Positions 36,301-50,791 of a stretch of DNA of 64,000 nt are shown here, in pieces. The stretch is from Balanoglossus misakiensis (lineage: Eukaryota > Animalia > Hemichordata): positions 7,170,390 to 7,234,389 of the forward strand of contig CM082580.2 in the NCBI GenBank assembly GCA_040954595.2. The letters run 5' to 3'. The position numbers and the translations under genes were made by a program. How positions within the stretch are numbered: position 1 is the stretch's first letter; every line of letters begins with the position of its first letter. The notes beneath the pieces are model-generated. The model saw only the letters and a program-made list of their open reading frames with translations. It made no database searches and had not been told where the DNA came from.

Positions 36301-39300
36301 TTAAAGTTGGCCAACTACTATAGGCTTCCGCTTTCTGATTGGTCCAGAGATGTCATGTGATTTACAACACTGACCTGTGTGTATTCTGTAGACTTGTAGA
36401 TTTCTCTGACAATGTCGCCGACGATGGCATCAGTGTTGAGTAGCAAGGCGCCACAGCCATTGCCGTTGGTCGTGTCACAGTTGTAAATTCTGATTTTAAA
36501 AAATAGAGACGATAAAACAACATTCAGAATTAAAGTTAACAGAGAGTTGCTGACGAGGTTGATTGAAGAGTATTACATTTCACTGTTAGATCTTGACTTC
36601 TCCATTTCTTCAGTTTAATTGCTACATGTGTACTAGTATCACCTTACAAAAGAAGATTCAGATAAAACCAGCCTGTTCAAAACGTGCAACATTTTTATCA
36701 TTTTCGCACACTTTTACCCTAGTTTCCTCTTAATTCTAGATCAAGTGGACATAATTTTTCATTGTCCACGGGTCATGATCAAAATTTTAGAGAAAAATAG
36801 GGTAAAACTCAAAGTTCTGGTAAAATTCTTGTCACAAGATTGATCATACCCGCTTGATTATACATGTATATGTGTGTAAAAAAGTATTATAGATGCAACA
36901 TCATAGAAACTGCTATTGATATCACACTGTGCAAACAAACAGAAGCAATGGCTGCATTGTAGGTAATCCTATCATCTGAATAGAAAAGATCTGTTACATC
37001 GGGTGACGTATGATCAACTTCAATGAAACCGTTCAATCATTCTGTCTTTAAAGGGCAGACTTTTTAACAGAAAATCAATAATGAAACTGAGAGCACATTA
37101 ACAAGGGACTGTGATCAGTGGGATCGGGTTCTAGTGTTTCCTAATTCAAAAGAAATTGACTGATTGATGGTGTTAATGCACTCCCCTGTGTGCCCATACC
37201 CCCCTTGCATTTGCCATCAAACCCTCCCTGATCTCCCTGTTAATACAATACATGTATCAAAACAAAATAGATCAGTTGATAATTTACTGGGAGTATTCAT
37301 AAACAGATGTAGGCGAAACGTGCCATGTTGAATTCCGCAGGTATATCCTACAACTGTACGTGACAATGCATGATATTTGCTCAGTCACTCTGCCAGGTAT
37401 GCCATTGTAGGAGTACTACAGTTACATAACACCCACCACCATGGCTGGGGTGGGATGCTGTCTGTCCACTTTTGTCGGAATTTAAAAAACACTGTGTATT
37501 TGTGGAGAACAAATTTTTGGCCTTGTGGCACATGATATAAATAACCAGAAGTAGCAATTCTAGACTCCTGTTCTTTGATGGCTCTGCCCCCCTCCACCCC
37601 ACCCCCACCCCTCCCCTAAATACCGGCACCAAGAAAGGGCAGACTTGACACAGACTATAAATAGTCAGGTGGCAGACCCAGCTAAGCACAACCATGTCAT
37701 ACATTCACTGATAATTACCACTTATAGCCAGGTAAAGCATATAGGGGAAGTCAGATTGAACTATTCTCTGTTGGTTCACACCTTTGCAGCAGGCAGCGAT
37801 CCATTTACGTCTGTTGACATTGATAGATTGAATACAGAAACATAAGGAGATTGAGGTTCCATAAATTACAAAGCCATTTTCAACTAATGCATTTTGTTAA
37901 GTAAATATCATAAAAGAGCTTAAAGTAATCTTTCTGACTATTCACTCAGTTAAATTAAGAGAGGACTCATAAATAATGAAAACCGAGACTACGTTAGTTA
38001 GTTATTTTCCACTGATACAAAGTAGATAACAAAAAAATTAAATTAACTTAATTGATAATACAATGCAATAAATGTACATCTCTGGTGCAGTTGTCTCATC
38101 TTTTTAGCGCTCATTCAATGAATAACGACATTTTATGTGGTCTATATCTGATGTTAAATATGTAGACTTGAGGGAACATTTAAGATTTTGATTTTCAAGG
38201 TGCATATACATGTATGTACTACCTTTAGTTAACTGTAAATTGTCAATAAAAAGGTTATCATAAATATTAGCTTGTCACAATCAAATGGTTGATGTACACA
38301 TTGTACGGCTAGTCAAATTACCTGTAGGATATCTGACATTATCAAAAATTAAATTTTTTAACTCAAAAGTCCCCCTTTTATGGCTGAGAGCAATTGACAG
38401 ATTAATGATGATAGTGCCCACTACCTGCCGTTGCTAGGCAACCGGTGCCATGGTTTCAGCAAAAACACAAATAAACACAGCCATTATGAAGGTTTGCGTT
38501 GCAGGTCAACACAAAGGCAGCCTTAATGGATCCGCTTTTAGACACTATTCAATTTGCAAAACTGTCATTACAGAAGAAAAATGGATTTTCACCGGCTTCA
38601 ATGTATTTGATTGTGAAAAGCTGGATTTTATTACTGCGACCTTGAATCGTGACAGGGAACTAATTTTAACATTTACAGTTACATGCATTCTGCACTAGAT
38701 CTGGTCCACTCTCGAACATCCCTGACAGTCATCTCAAGTTACGATATCGACATGTCTCCTAGCATCCCACGAAGACTCTTCCTCATGATGTATTTATTCG
38801 GATGCAAAAGTGAATGATGAGATTGAATTTTTTTTCGATTGAGTTTAACCAGGAGCCAATGACCTGGCACTGACGGATCCATATAATTAATATAAATCAA
38901 TAAAGCTAAATACAACACCAAAACTGAATTTAACGCACACTATCAGTTCATAATTTAATCACTGTAAAATTTATCTGGAGTTGAGATTGTTAATATAATT
39001 TTCATCTACAAGTCTCCGAGTTTAATTAATAGGGCTTGTTCATATTCCTGACTGTACTGTGATGATTTTTTTATTTTGCCACTGACTGTGAAATTCATTC
39101 ATGCAGGTACATCCGAATATAAACCGAGACGTACATGTAACCTGAATCTTTAGAATTTCCAAATGATAGCTGCAGTAGCATTAAAAATACATGTCTATTT
39201 GAAGCTGTAGAGGATCCGAGACATGTCCATTTAACCCTTTCACCCCCAAGTTCCCTCTATAGAGATCCGACTTTACAATAGAAAACAATGGTTTTGCGTC

Positions 39301-41076
39301 AAACCATGGTGGTGAAAGGGTTAAAACAAATTAAGATGTTGATCTTTTGAGTGCATATACTGAGACACAGTTCAGTAACTGACATGATGAAATTTCTGTG
39401 TGAGATGTTACAGATAATGTACGTTGAGAGTGTTTTACCTTAGAGCTGCGTCTACTGAGACTGTAAGCAGATTCTGCAGTGCCGATGGTGTGATTCCCCT
39501 CTCACTGGAAACTTTGAACTGTGAATAGAATTCAAACAGAAAAACACTTGTGTGAGATCATGAGATGTGTGAAGAACAGAAACAAGAATCTGTCTGATTT
39601 TACAGCTAATCTCAAACCTGCACCTACCCCCTTTTTTTTACTCAAAAAATGTTAAGTTTACGATGTCCCTTATATGTCCCTTTATGAACTCATACTGCAG
39701 TATAATCATACTAGGTTTCTAATTCAATCCAAGATCGATTTCTCAAGATACTATTTTAACATGAAACATTTGAGTTTGCGTGAAGTCTTGTCTTTCAGAG
39801 AAATGACGAGATGTGTCAACATTTCTGACATAAGTAACATTTCACAGTTAATGAACTGCCTGGAGAGCTGGGTTAAAAATATGAAAAACTGCAACATGAG
39901 ACTGTATGCAATTGCTTTATGTGGGAGACAGAAGTTAAACTCAGTAGTTATTCATACGTAGTCGTACATCGTGGAACAAATTAATTTTTCACATCTGGTA
40001 AGAAAAAAGTATGGGTTACTAGAACTGCTCACACACAAAATATTCTTTCATTCAGAGACTGTATCATGAACAAGGTCGGCGTGACCTCCCATCTCTGAAA
40101 ATCCCAATTTTACTTTTTCTTCATTTCTTGCAAAGGGGTTTTCTATGGTAATGCTGGGGTGACAAATATCTTTCGCAGATATCACTACAAAGATATGTCA
40201 GAACAGAGAGGTCATCAATAACCTCAATTTCCCTCACAGCAGGGAACACAACCGACACACCAGGTCACAAAATTGTAAAGGCCTCGTTTTTTAACTTACC
40301 AACTTGAAAAGAGCCGTGGACTTTTCCCTGAGTGAGCCAGTGACACAAAGAGAGAGACCGGCCAGGCACTCTCTCCAGTTGATGAAACCATCCCCGTCAA
40401 CGTCAAATGCAGAGAACAACTTGTCCGTCACATTTTCATCTAAATCTAGACATTGTACACTGAGGAATAAACAACATAGATGACATCCCATTATGTCGTG
40501 TAATTTTTATCATATCACATATCAATCATACACAGCACAGATATATCATATCATAAATCATATCATATCATATCATGTCCATCATTGCAGAATTCTCATC
40601 AGTAGTAATTAAGATGGTCAAATGTTTTTTCTTTAATTTGATACAACAGACAAAACATATACTTACAATCTATTCCTGTCTATAAAACTTGTGGATATTT
40701 TATATGCCTTGATATCATAGTATGCTTTCTTGATTGCATGTATATGGAGTAAATTAACTGCAATGAATATATGCAACGCAACAAAGGTTAACCCTTGTAA
40801 AAACATGCCTAAATCTAACGTGAAACCAACTCATACGCTACAATATTGGAGAAATATGGTAGAAAAAATTATATTGTATTGTATCATATTTTATCATATC
40901 ATCACCCAGCTATATCATGAGAATTTTCTTGTCTCCAATATAGCAAAGAAATGACAGGTTAATAATAATGTACCAGCCCTCATCTTCAGTGTGCATGCAT
41001 ATATTTACTTACTTTTCTTGATAACAGCACATTGATGGATTTTGATTTCCTTTTGAAGGCTTATATCACCGCCCAT
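30358..41076 (-). CDS. EF-hand (NCS/calcineurin-B-like) plus Kelch beta-propeller protein, ~929 aa
   Basis: Phase-consistent exons: 41076-41013, 40445-40300, 39518-39439, 36489-36375, 36169-36068, 35685-35629, 34479-34183, 33634-33400, 32795-32640, 32510-32361, 32114-30895, 30731-30617, 30410-30358 (2790 nt). EF loop DVDGDGFINWRE. Kelch blades contain LYLYGG, IYIFGG, MHIYGG, MWIHGG, MLIFGG and FYLLGG. The Kelch part is firm; joining of the EF-hand exons is inferred. Confidence 0.78.
38430..38442. promoter_or_regulatory. RFX X-box-like palindrome GTTGCTAGGCAAC
   Basis: Matches the RFX consensus GTTNCY-N0-3-RGYAAC. Motif match only. Confidence 0.4.
39231..39324. mobile_element. ~90-bp TTAA-flanked MITE, copy 3 (most intact)
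   Basis: ttaa-ccctttcacccccaa...tggtggtgaaaggg-ttaa, with TTAA on both sides. Confidence 0.85.
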
Positions 41077-44000
41077 ATTCTGGCCATTATTGGACCATGG
41101 TGTATTAAAGACACACTGAAAAAGTTGAATCTGTAATAAAAAAGAATATGGTAAGGTGATTGCTTCATCGTGGCAAAAATGTACGCAAAAGGTATGCACT
41201 TCTGTAAAATGTTTCATCTCTAGTCGGTTGGCTGCAATAGTTATTTTTACATTGTGACTTTTCTGAAGCAAAGGTGTCTGTCCCGAGTCGTTTGGAAACG
41301 AGAGTCTCTCTTGAGCGATAACGTATGGTGACTATTTACTATTTTCCCCATACCACCCCCCCCCCCTCCCCTTCATACATGTATGTACATAGCAGTTCCC
41401 ACTATCATATGTATGCATGATCTCTCCAATCATAGAGGTAACACACTTTCGTGTTCAATGTCATCCCGTACACTCAGTAGGGTTCTCGGGCCCGGGGCTA
41501 TACGTTATTGTTATTGTGAGGCACCGATGACCTAAATCGACAGTAGGCGTCTCGTGATACCGAATCACAGCATCAATATTTTTTTACTAAACTCCCGTAA
41601 ATCATCGGTCGTCAGTACAGTGTACACGGTCCTCGTGTAGTTGTATGAGTACAGTCTTCTTTCGGGCCGTGATGTGGGAACGTAAACCATTAACACAGTG
41701 TCACAGTGTAAAAAATGATTAAGCTGTCACTTTTGCCGGTCTCGGCTCAAGGTCATAGGTGAAACATAACGGCACGCTTCATTACGGGCATGTAGTCTGC
41801 TTCCCTTTCACTGCAGGATTTCGTCTTGCAGTCAACTTGTGTCACTGTCAGCTGTCGATGTCAGACGATTGGAATGCACTTTACCTTCCTTCTTGGTTAG
41901 ATACCTACCACAGTGCCATGGCGAACCTGGTCCTAGATTACCACTCGAACCGGTTGAGGTGCTTCTGAGTCATATAACCTCTCAGTAGAGGTTTTAGTTT
42001 CACACAAACGCTGATTACGTTGTTAACGACGCAGCCATGTTTACATACAATGTCCCGTTATATTACAGCGCCCTCATCAGTGTGACCCTGCTCAGGTCCA
42101 CTTGACCTGGCCGAGTGAAAGAGGCACTCAGCTTTGTAAACTCAACTTTCATATTTTTCAGAATTATCGCGTTTCAATCTTTCACAATTTTTGTGCTGTA
42201 TGTTCTGCAACTTTAAGCGACATGGAGTTTTCTCGAAAACAAAATAAAAGTTGTGATTTAAGCTTGACATGATGTACAAGCCTACAAAGACGCGAGATAT
42301 CTCAGTGTTTCTTTGCTCCCAATACCGAATTAGTACTACAAACAGTATGCGTGTATATGCTGAAGAATAGTATTCAGGCAAGACATGAATAAAATTTGAT
42401 TCTGGCCAACGCGCGCCCATCAATAAAAAAATTAAATTTGCCACAAGATGGCGCGCTTTTACCCCGGGCCATACCGACCGATGCTCCGCTCAACATCCTC
42501 AAAATGTGCAGCACATTTCCATCATATACGTAATGGCGCCACCAATGACAAGGTGTGGACTTCTTTCCTTTCGCCTCAGCCTCAAGACAACCTGTTGTGT
42601 CACCTGTGGCGCTCTACAATCTCTAACTCCACATGTACACGTTGCATATGCTTTGTGTTTGTTGTTGGTTTTAATATACGAAGTGTAACACAATAGCTTG
42701 TACTTTCAGCCCGGTATTGCTGACAAGCGTTTCGATCTGTTTACTAGTCAACAAATCGTCTCCATGCGATGAAGAGAGTACAATACAATGAGTATATGCG
42801 TTCATGGTGGCACGACAATGCAAAGTGCGGTTCGACCTTAAATCAAAAGCCATTCAGAAAAAGAATAAAGGAACTAAAAAAACCGTGACTGCTTGATACC
42901 AAAACCGTTCACTTTCTTTTTATAATCATCCACGCTATGCCTCGTCAAGAAGTAGCTTTTACCAAATATAGGCCTATGTGACTGAACAGATGTATAAGCA
43001 AATAGGCTGCATATATGATGGAATAACTAACGAGCGTTAGCCGAAACACGTAGAAAATACTGGGGAAAAGTTCGTTAAATATTACAAGCGAAAAAACGGC
43101 AGTGTAAAAGCATGTCTGCCAATTTAACGTGTCATCATATATGAACTTAGCAATCCCATTTCGCAAGTGTTATTGTGTTCAAACAAAGTATCCGGATGGC
43201 AATTTTCTAAGGACAAACTAGTTACTACCAGCCCCGGCTCGATGCTTGTTACCTGCAAGATCGAAGTCAACATGAAAACGCCGCATACAATACTACTTTC
43301 ACGAACCTGCGTGTCTGAACTTTTTCGCGGCCGCTTGCTACTCAAAACCGGAAATCGGATATTTTATTTATTTTTTAATTAAAATAACAAAAATTTGGTT
43401 TTATGCCACTTGAAAAAAAAATAACTTGACCTGGATTCAGTGGCAATGCCCATGTTTACTACTGCTCCGAGTAGGCTACTTTATCAACAAACAAATAATG
43501 TTGTTGGACATGTTGAATAACTCATCAAGCCGAGTCGATTCGATCGATCCTAGGCCAAGTGAAGTTTGTTTGTCTGAGTTCATAAAACCATAGAGGTAAC
43601 TAATGGAGACCTTCTGCTTTCTATCTCCATGATAAAATCAATAAAAAAACACCTAGACGTGTCACACCAAACTGCAATGACAGCCTTGCCCTTCAAGTTG
43701 GTGGGGCTGGCTGGGTGGCTGGCCCGGGATCGCGCTGATGGCCAACCAAGGCATACAACTATCGCAGCTAGTTTCACACCCTGGGTTGAAAAGAGATGTT
43801 TGCGTTGCTCGCTTACATATTTCATCGAGATGTGTTTCCTATAATAAGTGTCGGAGTGTGACAGGCGAATTCAATTTATCAAAACCACGGTGTAAACAAT
43901 GCCACCTTTAGAAGGCACTGTACCAGGGGTTAGTGGCATGCACAAAATTACAAACGCCTAAAATAACCCATCTTGTCATACTTGCTATCCCATTACAATA

Positions 44001-44920
44001 TAAACCACCACAGACTATTACTTTGCATACATGTACATGTACACCTATTGACCAGTAAAGCACCAGTGCTTGATCATGTGTTTCGAAGTCGTTTATTTTC
44101 AGAGTTTGATTTCACCGATTGGCGAAGAATCTTCTATATAAATTTTGTCGTTCACTGATGTAATAAAATCTAGTGTGATAACGACAGAGAGGGTGAACTC
44201 ATTGCAAAATTGTGACGGGTTCGAGCTTTCTGCGTGCCCTCTCGGGACAGGCCAGTTCAGACCATCGCGCTTTGTTTAATTAACGTTCGCGGCGGAGAAA
44301 AAAAAGCCGCGCGCACAAGAACGGTATCGATGCACATGGCTCGAATCATGTTCAAACACATCTGCTTTTGTTCGGTCCGTGCCGCATGAAAAGACTGAAG
44401 GTGAATCAAGGCATCCCTCTAAAGAATAAACTTCCTTCATTGTGCTTCCATACGGACAAGGTCCAAACGTGGCGGGGTCGTCAAATATCTTTCTCTGACT
44501 TGAATACCAAAAATGCAGTACAAAATTGTGATGATATGTTCCAAAGGGACACTCCTTTCTGTATGCTTGGCCCCTCTCCATCCTGGTATTGTTTTAACGT
44601 ATTGTATGAGTGAAAGGCGCACTTGCCTTAATTAACCCCAATTTGAGTTTTTTTTTGTTTTGTTTACGACTGTTGCCATGCCGATACAACAAAGGAGAGT
44701 GTTTCCCCTGTATAGAAGGAGTATGGCAGATCGCGATCACCATGGTGACACGCGTCACTTCGAGGCACTGGGCGCGGCACCTGTAGAGAGCGCAAGTGGC
44801 AGTTGAGTTCGGGATTGTCATTATCCACGCGGGGTTCGTCACTTGAGTCGCTTGCAATCCAGCATCGTCACCGAAAGTTAACGTACGCTCCACACGCGAA
44901 ATTTGTAAAAGGCAGCCAAA

Positions 44921-47660
44921 ATGGGTGAATGGTCCAACGGTCTCTTCGGGTGCTTCGGCAACTGCGGTATCTGCGTCATGACGTACTTCGTGCCGTGTGT
45001 CACCGCCGGTAAGAACGCAGAAGGCGTTGGCGAAAGTTGTGTCAAATATGCAATCCTGTCGATGTGCGGGCCGTGCGGTATCTACTTCTCGGCAAAGATC
45101 CGTGAGAAGATCAGGGAACAAAAGGGCATAGAAGTAAGTTTTAATGGCCATTGTATTAACAGCCGTTGCTTCTCAAAGCTTTTAGAAGTTTAACCCGCAA
45201 AAAATGCCGTAAAATCGTTCAGTATGCTCGTTATATAGAAAAAATGAAAGTTGATCAGTGATCATCGGCGACCAACAGGGGTTTTGACACAACTGAATGT
45301 GCTGTCTCCGCTGTGGCGTCGTGGAGACGGAGACACTGGACTTAGTACCTAGTTATGCTTGGAACTTTGGTATCTCATTTAGCCCTGGTCTTTTTGTGAA
45401 ATGTTCAGCCCAAGAACAACAAGAAAATGCTCGTATTTTAAAACCAATTGGCGTCTTTGTTCTTATTGTAAAAGTGACAAACTGGACAGGCAAAAAAGGG
45501 AAAGAAACAGAAATAACGAGTTATCGTGGTACAGAAAGTGAAATTGCCTGGGCTAAGCTTGTTCTACACAGATCCTGTGTCTATAGTTATAGTAAGAAGG
45601 TCGCAATTAGTGGACATGGTAACAGGTCACGTGATCGGGATTAACCGTTGGTGGTATCGATCTCACCGATCCATTAAGTTTGTTTTTGCCATTGCAACGC
45701 CGATGAAACTGAGTGTTTATTTATATGGAGGTGAAATTTCACCAAATTTAGGGCAGAAAACTATTTCCTAGGCAACGGTCCCGCAGTAAAAGTGGTAGTG
45801 ACGGTCAATGGGCGCCCTTTTGGCCCGAACCGTACCACCCTGCCACTGAGAAAGCATTATTTGGACTATTGAAAGCGGCAGTAAAAACAACTTCTTTTTC
45901 CCTTTAATTACAGGGTTCCTTCGGCAATGACTGTATAATGCACTGGTTCTGTGCGCCATGCGCATTGGTTCAGGAAGCCAGGGTAAGTACCAGGATGAAA
46001 CTCGAGAATAAAAGTTAAGATAAACGCGGGGCTGCTTCTGGTTTGATTCCAGACAACAGCGTCTTTATGTGAGGTGAGATTCACATATTGTCCTGTTGCC
46101 CTGGCAACAGATAATAAGCGGTCTCGCGTCTAATATCTATGCCATGTTTAGCCGATAGCTCCTGCTTGTTTCTGTAGTCGAGTAGTGATTTTTTTTTACG
46201 GGAAAGCAAAATTGGTTCTCGATAACCTTTACAATGCTACGCGGCCTGCGGTAACAAGTCTGCGCGATTCTATGTGTGCGGCGCCTTTCTGCGCAAACAC
46301 GCTCCCCGCCGCCTTAACGTGTAGCGACAACTCGGCACTAAACAAACGTAATACCGTTCACCATCTGAACTACTCATTGTGTGTGTCGGAACAGTAGTAT
46401 TGATTGATCGTGAAAAGGGGACTTTTGTTTCGCGAAGGCCGTGAACGAAGTGTAATCAACCAACGGTCGTCAATGGGAACTGTGTACACTTCACTTTTGT
46501 ATTCGCGCACATACACGTATTTGCATCTGAATACCTGTCCGGGTAGGCCTATTTGCAAAAGATGGACACTTGCGCGACTTCGGGGCGACCACATTCCGGT
46601 TCTGAAACATTTGATTCTAATATCAACCAACAACGCAGTTCTAGTGTCTATCTACTGTGGTGCACCAATGAGAAATAGTGTCAAAAATCGCATTTTGAAA
46701 TGAAATTTCGTCTTTCTAATATTTATGATGAGAAAATCAATCATGTATCCACGCACCATTGTTCATTTTAGCAATTGTTGCATAACTGCCATTGGAACAT
46801 GCTGTAAGATGGTTGTTTCCAATCAAATCATTTCGCAAGACTGACAGGAAAGCATAAAGTTGCAGCCCGTCCCGGGATTTCAAAGAACGGGACCCATAGT
46901 CCACCCCTACCTGCTGCGCAAATTAAGGCTATGCGTGGTTACAAAGTACATGTACTGCAGCACTACTTCAAATATTGGCACTGTGGCTTCATAACAGACT
47001 CTTACTGAGAGGGTGGTTGAAAGGGAATGTTTGTAAACGAATAGGGATAGACGGAGGTTACAGTGAGGATGATTCAATATGTGCCTTAGTTTGCTTGACC
47101 ATGCTGTAAATGTAGCAGCGAATACACCTGTACTATCAGCGCGCTACCACCACGGCCATACTGACATATGTCCTTATATAAAACGGAGGGTGTGGTAAAA
47201 AAGAATGGCGGGGGAGGGGGTGGTCACATTCCGCTACGTGAGCGACTGGCCCACCCTCACATCATGTATGAAAACTCTCCAATGAAGACACAGTAGATTT
47301 GAAATTGCTTCGTGACACACACAAAAGCGTACCGAGGCCGGTGAAATATAAACTGCAAAATATATACGCACTGAATAGATATCCATTAAAGCTCCGGTTT
47401 TTTTTCTGGTTAAGAACGGAAAGCGTTCTTGTTTGCCCGAGGTTGGCGGTTTGGATAACGTTTTAACCAGTAGCGAACTACCACCGGAGCTCAGCTTTCC
47501 CTACTGTGCAGTCGAACGATAGTTCTGCGTCGTGTTTTGTATCCTCTCACACAGACTTTCAAACGTGCGAACAACCTAATCAAATGTTTCTTCTTCTTTT
47601 TCTCGTTTTCAGGAACTGACAGAGGGTGCTCCCGGCGGGGAAGCGATGGCAAGAGATTAA
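44921..47660 (+). CDS. PLAC8/cornifelin-family cysteine-rich protein, 109 aa
   Basis: Exons 44921-45133, 45914-45982, 47613-47660, all phase 0. Motifs WSNGLFGCF, FVPC, IREKIREQKGIEGSFGNDC, FCAPCALVQEAREL. Confidence 0.93.
46095..46108. promoter_or_regulatory. RFX X-box-like palindrome GTTGCCCTGGCAAC in PLAC8-family intron 2
   Basis: Near-perfect 14-bp X-box. Motif match only. Confidence 0.4.
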
Positions 47661-50600
47661 TGTGTATTGCCCGATAGAATTCCTTTCCATGCAATTTCAT
47701 GCAATTCCACAGAGTTCCAGGGAAATATATTGGCCACACTCTTGAACAGTGGGGAACAATCTCCGTGGCCAACGATGATAACACCACGCAGTATTCCTCC
47801 AAAAAGGATCATTAAGTAAAAAATTATACCAGACATCGAGATACAAGATTTGCCTAGGAACATTACAACATTATCCAATTTACATCATAACATTGTTTTA
47901 ATATTCTTATGCAAATCCGTGGTGAGCACTGAAATTCTCGTCGAAATTGATGACATATTAGCAAAGACAGGGTATTCATTAAAATAAATTAATCTATGTA
48001 AAGCTTGTATATTTTACTATCGCAAATATCCTTGTACCCCGTCGTCATGTATAATCACGCGGTTTGTAATATAATGGTAGATTTGCTTTTAGGTGATTTT
48101 GGATCTTGCTATGAGTACTCTAATGAAAAAACCAACACGTCTTTCACTGAGATTTTCCTAGCTTTTGTATTGTTAATATTTTCCCCGACGAACTTTCTTG
48201 AAATAATAATAAATCAATTTCTGCAAAAATTGTAAGTTTGTAGTTGATTCAACTAAAGTGGTCTAACGTGCAAATATTGGACTTGCGTCGACAGTCAGTG
48301 ATCTTGAATGAAAGTTGACCTTCAATGCGCTGGCATGCTCCCGTGATTTCCGCCTGATCCGTTCAGTTTAAGTCACGTGATATCCCTGCTGCATTTCGTC
48401 GACACTCTCCAAGGTCAGCCATTGTTGGCGTGAGAAAAGACTGAAATAGCAACTACAAAAGTTCACCTCGTCAGGTGAAAAGAACGATATGCGAACGGAG
48501 TGGATGAAAAGCGATCACGGCGTCACACAATGCAATGCGGCCAGGTGATTTATCATAGAATGTGTGCTGTCGCTCAATTGCGGCGATTTAAATATTTACG
48601 AGTACACACTGGTCGTCATGACAGCCAAAACAGGTCGAAGACGGCCATCACATATCGCTAGTCGAAACACAGACACATTAGTCTCACATTTCTGGGATTC
48701 CCGTCCTATTTGAAATGTAGGAGAACTTATATGACTTTATACCAAATAAAGGGTTATATACCTGTGTAAGACATTGGCTTGTGGAATTGCGTAACCGAGA
48801 TACTGGCACATAAAAACCACGGACTACTGTTTGTGATATTAAATCAATCAAACGCAAGCCTTCTTGATCGATGCACGTCATCTACTAAAATCGTTGTCAA
48901 GCTCTGTACGCACGTCAAATTGCTCGCCAATCAAAACATTTCTCTTTTCATTTGACCCACTTGAAGTGACGGGGTGGCGTGTTTCTTTTTCTTTTTTGTC
49001 GTCGCCATTTGTTGCTGCCATCGATACACTTTTGTTGTGGCACGGTCTGTTATGGCGACCGAGTAACTGGAGTGCCGTAACTGGGACAGGTTGTAAGTGT
49101 CGATTTACTTATTAACACAGCACATGTCAAATGAAAGTGCCCGGGCGTATATATGTACGCGGTTGGCGTTTCACTTAAAATTCTCGTGTTATGCTGTTAC
49201 AATGAAACGTGCTGAGTCGCCAATACCTCTCTCTGCCCTTCGACCATTTCTATAGATTCCAAATATCTGCATGTTCGTAATAGGAGGTATGCTAATAGTA
49301 ATTGGAGAGAGATGGTGAGCTAACTTCTCACTCACATACATACAAACAAACAAAACAGAAATAAAAAACCCGACTTTTTATTTATTGCCATCGGTAATAC
49401 GGCTGAGTTTTTGGTTATTTCCAGAAGTTTATGTAAGTTTTGCATGTGAGCAGTATAAACTACATATATTATATTGTTACGTACCTTCGTGTGGTGGCCG
49501 CTTGTGTCTATTTGGCAAAGAATTAATATCCAAGACTATTTCTGGAACTTATTTCATGTGTTTATTCTGAATCTATGTGGGTTTCACACATTATATTGTT
49601 ACCATTGCCCGGGAATTGAGCCTTAGAAAAATATTAAGAAATTAGGTTAAAGTAGATGTCAAGGTCACCCCCTCGAAACCATGATCTACGTCCCGAGGAT
49701 TCAAGTGGAAATGAACGATTTTGACACAGACATCGCCCTACGTCCATATCTAAAGCCGTTTCATCAAAACGCTCGTTTCGAGAGATGTTCCAAGTTTGCA
49801 TACTTCAGCAAGAAATTTTAATTCACGACGAAAATGCCCGGCTGAATACCCTCTATTATGTGTCGACCCGCGTGGGACGAAATCTTCAATGCACGATTCA
49901 CTTGTCCTCCCCGTCGTTTTGTTGTTGGTCACAGGTTTTCTCCTGTTCTGATTGCAACGCGAACAAAGGAGGTTGCCAAGACGACCAGAAAAACCCGCCC
50001 TCGGGGTCTTGGTTTTTTTCAGACCACAGCTAATTAAACTGAACTGTGGCAATGAACCAGTACGGGCATGCGGCCTGCACTGTCCTGCCATCAACTGACT
50101 GTTGCATTTACATATACATGTATATCAAATTCCGCACGTCACTCCGAGTCTAAAAATAGTCGCATTCACACGTTGGAAATATGACAAATTGTACATAGCA
50201 ACAAAGGAAATCCCCCCTTCCCCTCAAGAAAACGTAAGTGCGACATGAACATAAATTGTTGTGACCCCATGTTGCTTAGCAAAATCTCCAGACTCGCGCC
50301 TTGACACGTCACTTAACTATGGTCACACCACTCTATTGTTAACGAACTTTCTTTCAAGAATGAAGTTAAAGTCCTCGTGACCTGAAATCTATCGGTGAGA
50401 CTATTTCTTGAGTCTCTTTCTGCAAATTGGGCCCAGCTGATTGGCGTAGCCTATGAGGTACATGATATCGGCGCTGACGGTAATGATTGCACGCTGAGGT
50501 ACCAAGTTGGGCGCTCGCGTTCCATGCCAACATCGTGAGACGCTAGACCCACCCGTTTTTTTAAATAAGTTTCATATATTGGGTCAGACCTTTGGAGAAA

Positions 50601-50791
50601 CAGCTGTCATGACGGTTACGGACACTTATGGGTCGTAAATTGACGCCATAATATAAAATTGTCGTCAAACTTTGGTCCTTTAGGGGAAAAAAAACATAAC
50701 AAACATTCCAACACAGACAGGCACACGTGTGATCACGTGACGAAATCTCGAAAACAGACACTTAAGTATAACTGTGGATTCAACAATTTAC

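Noticed and set aside
39301-39309. Shared aaaccatgg between the TTAA MITE and the satellite, suggesting MITE origin of the satellite
   Set aside because: Only 9 bp, no extension, compatible with chance.
48400-50100. CpG-richer tract with promoter-like or exon-like signals between the PLAC8-family gene and EXOG
   Set aside because: No consistent exon chain or recognisable product could be assembled.
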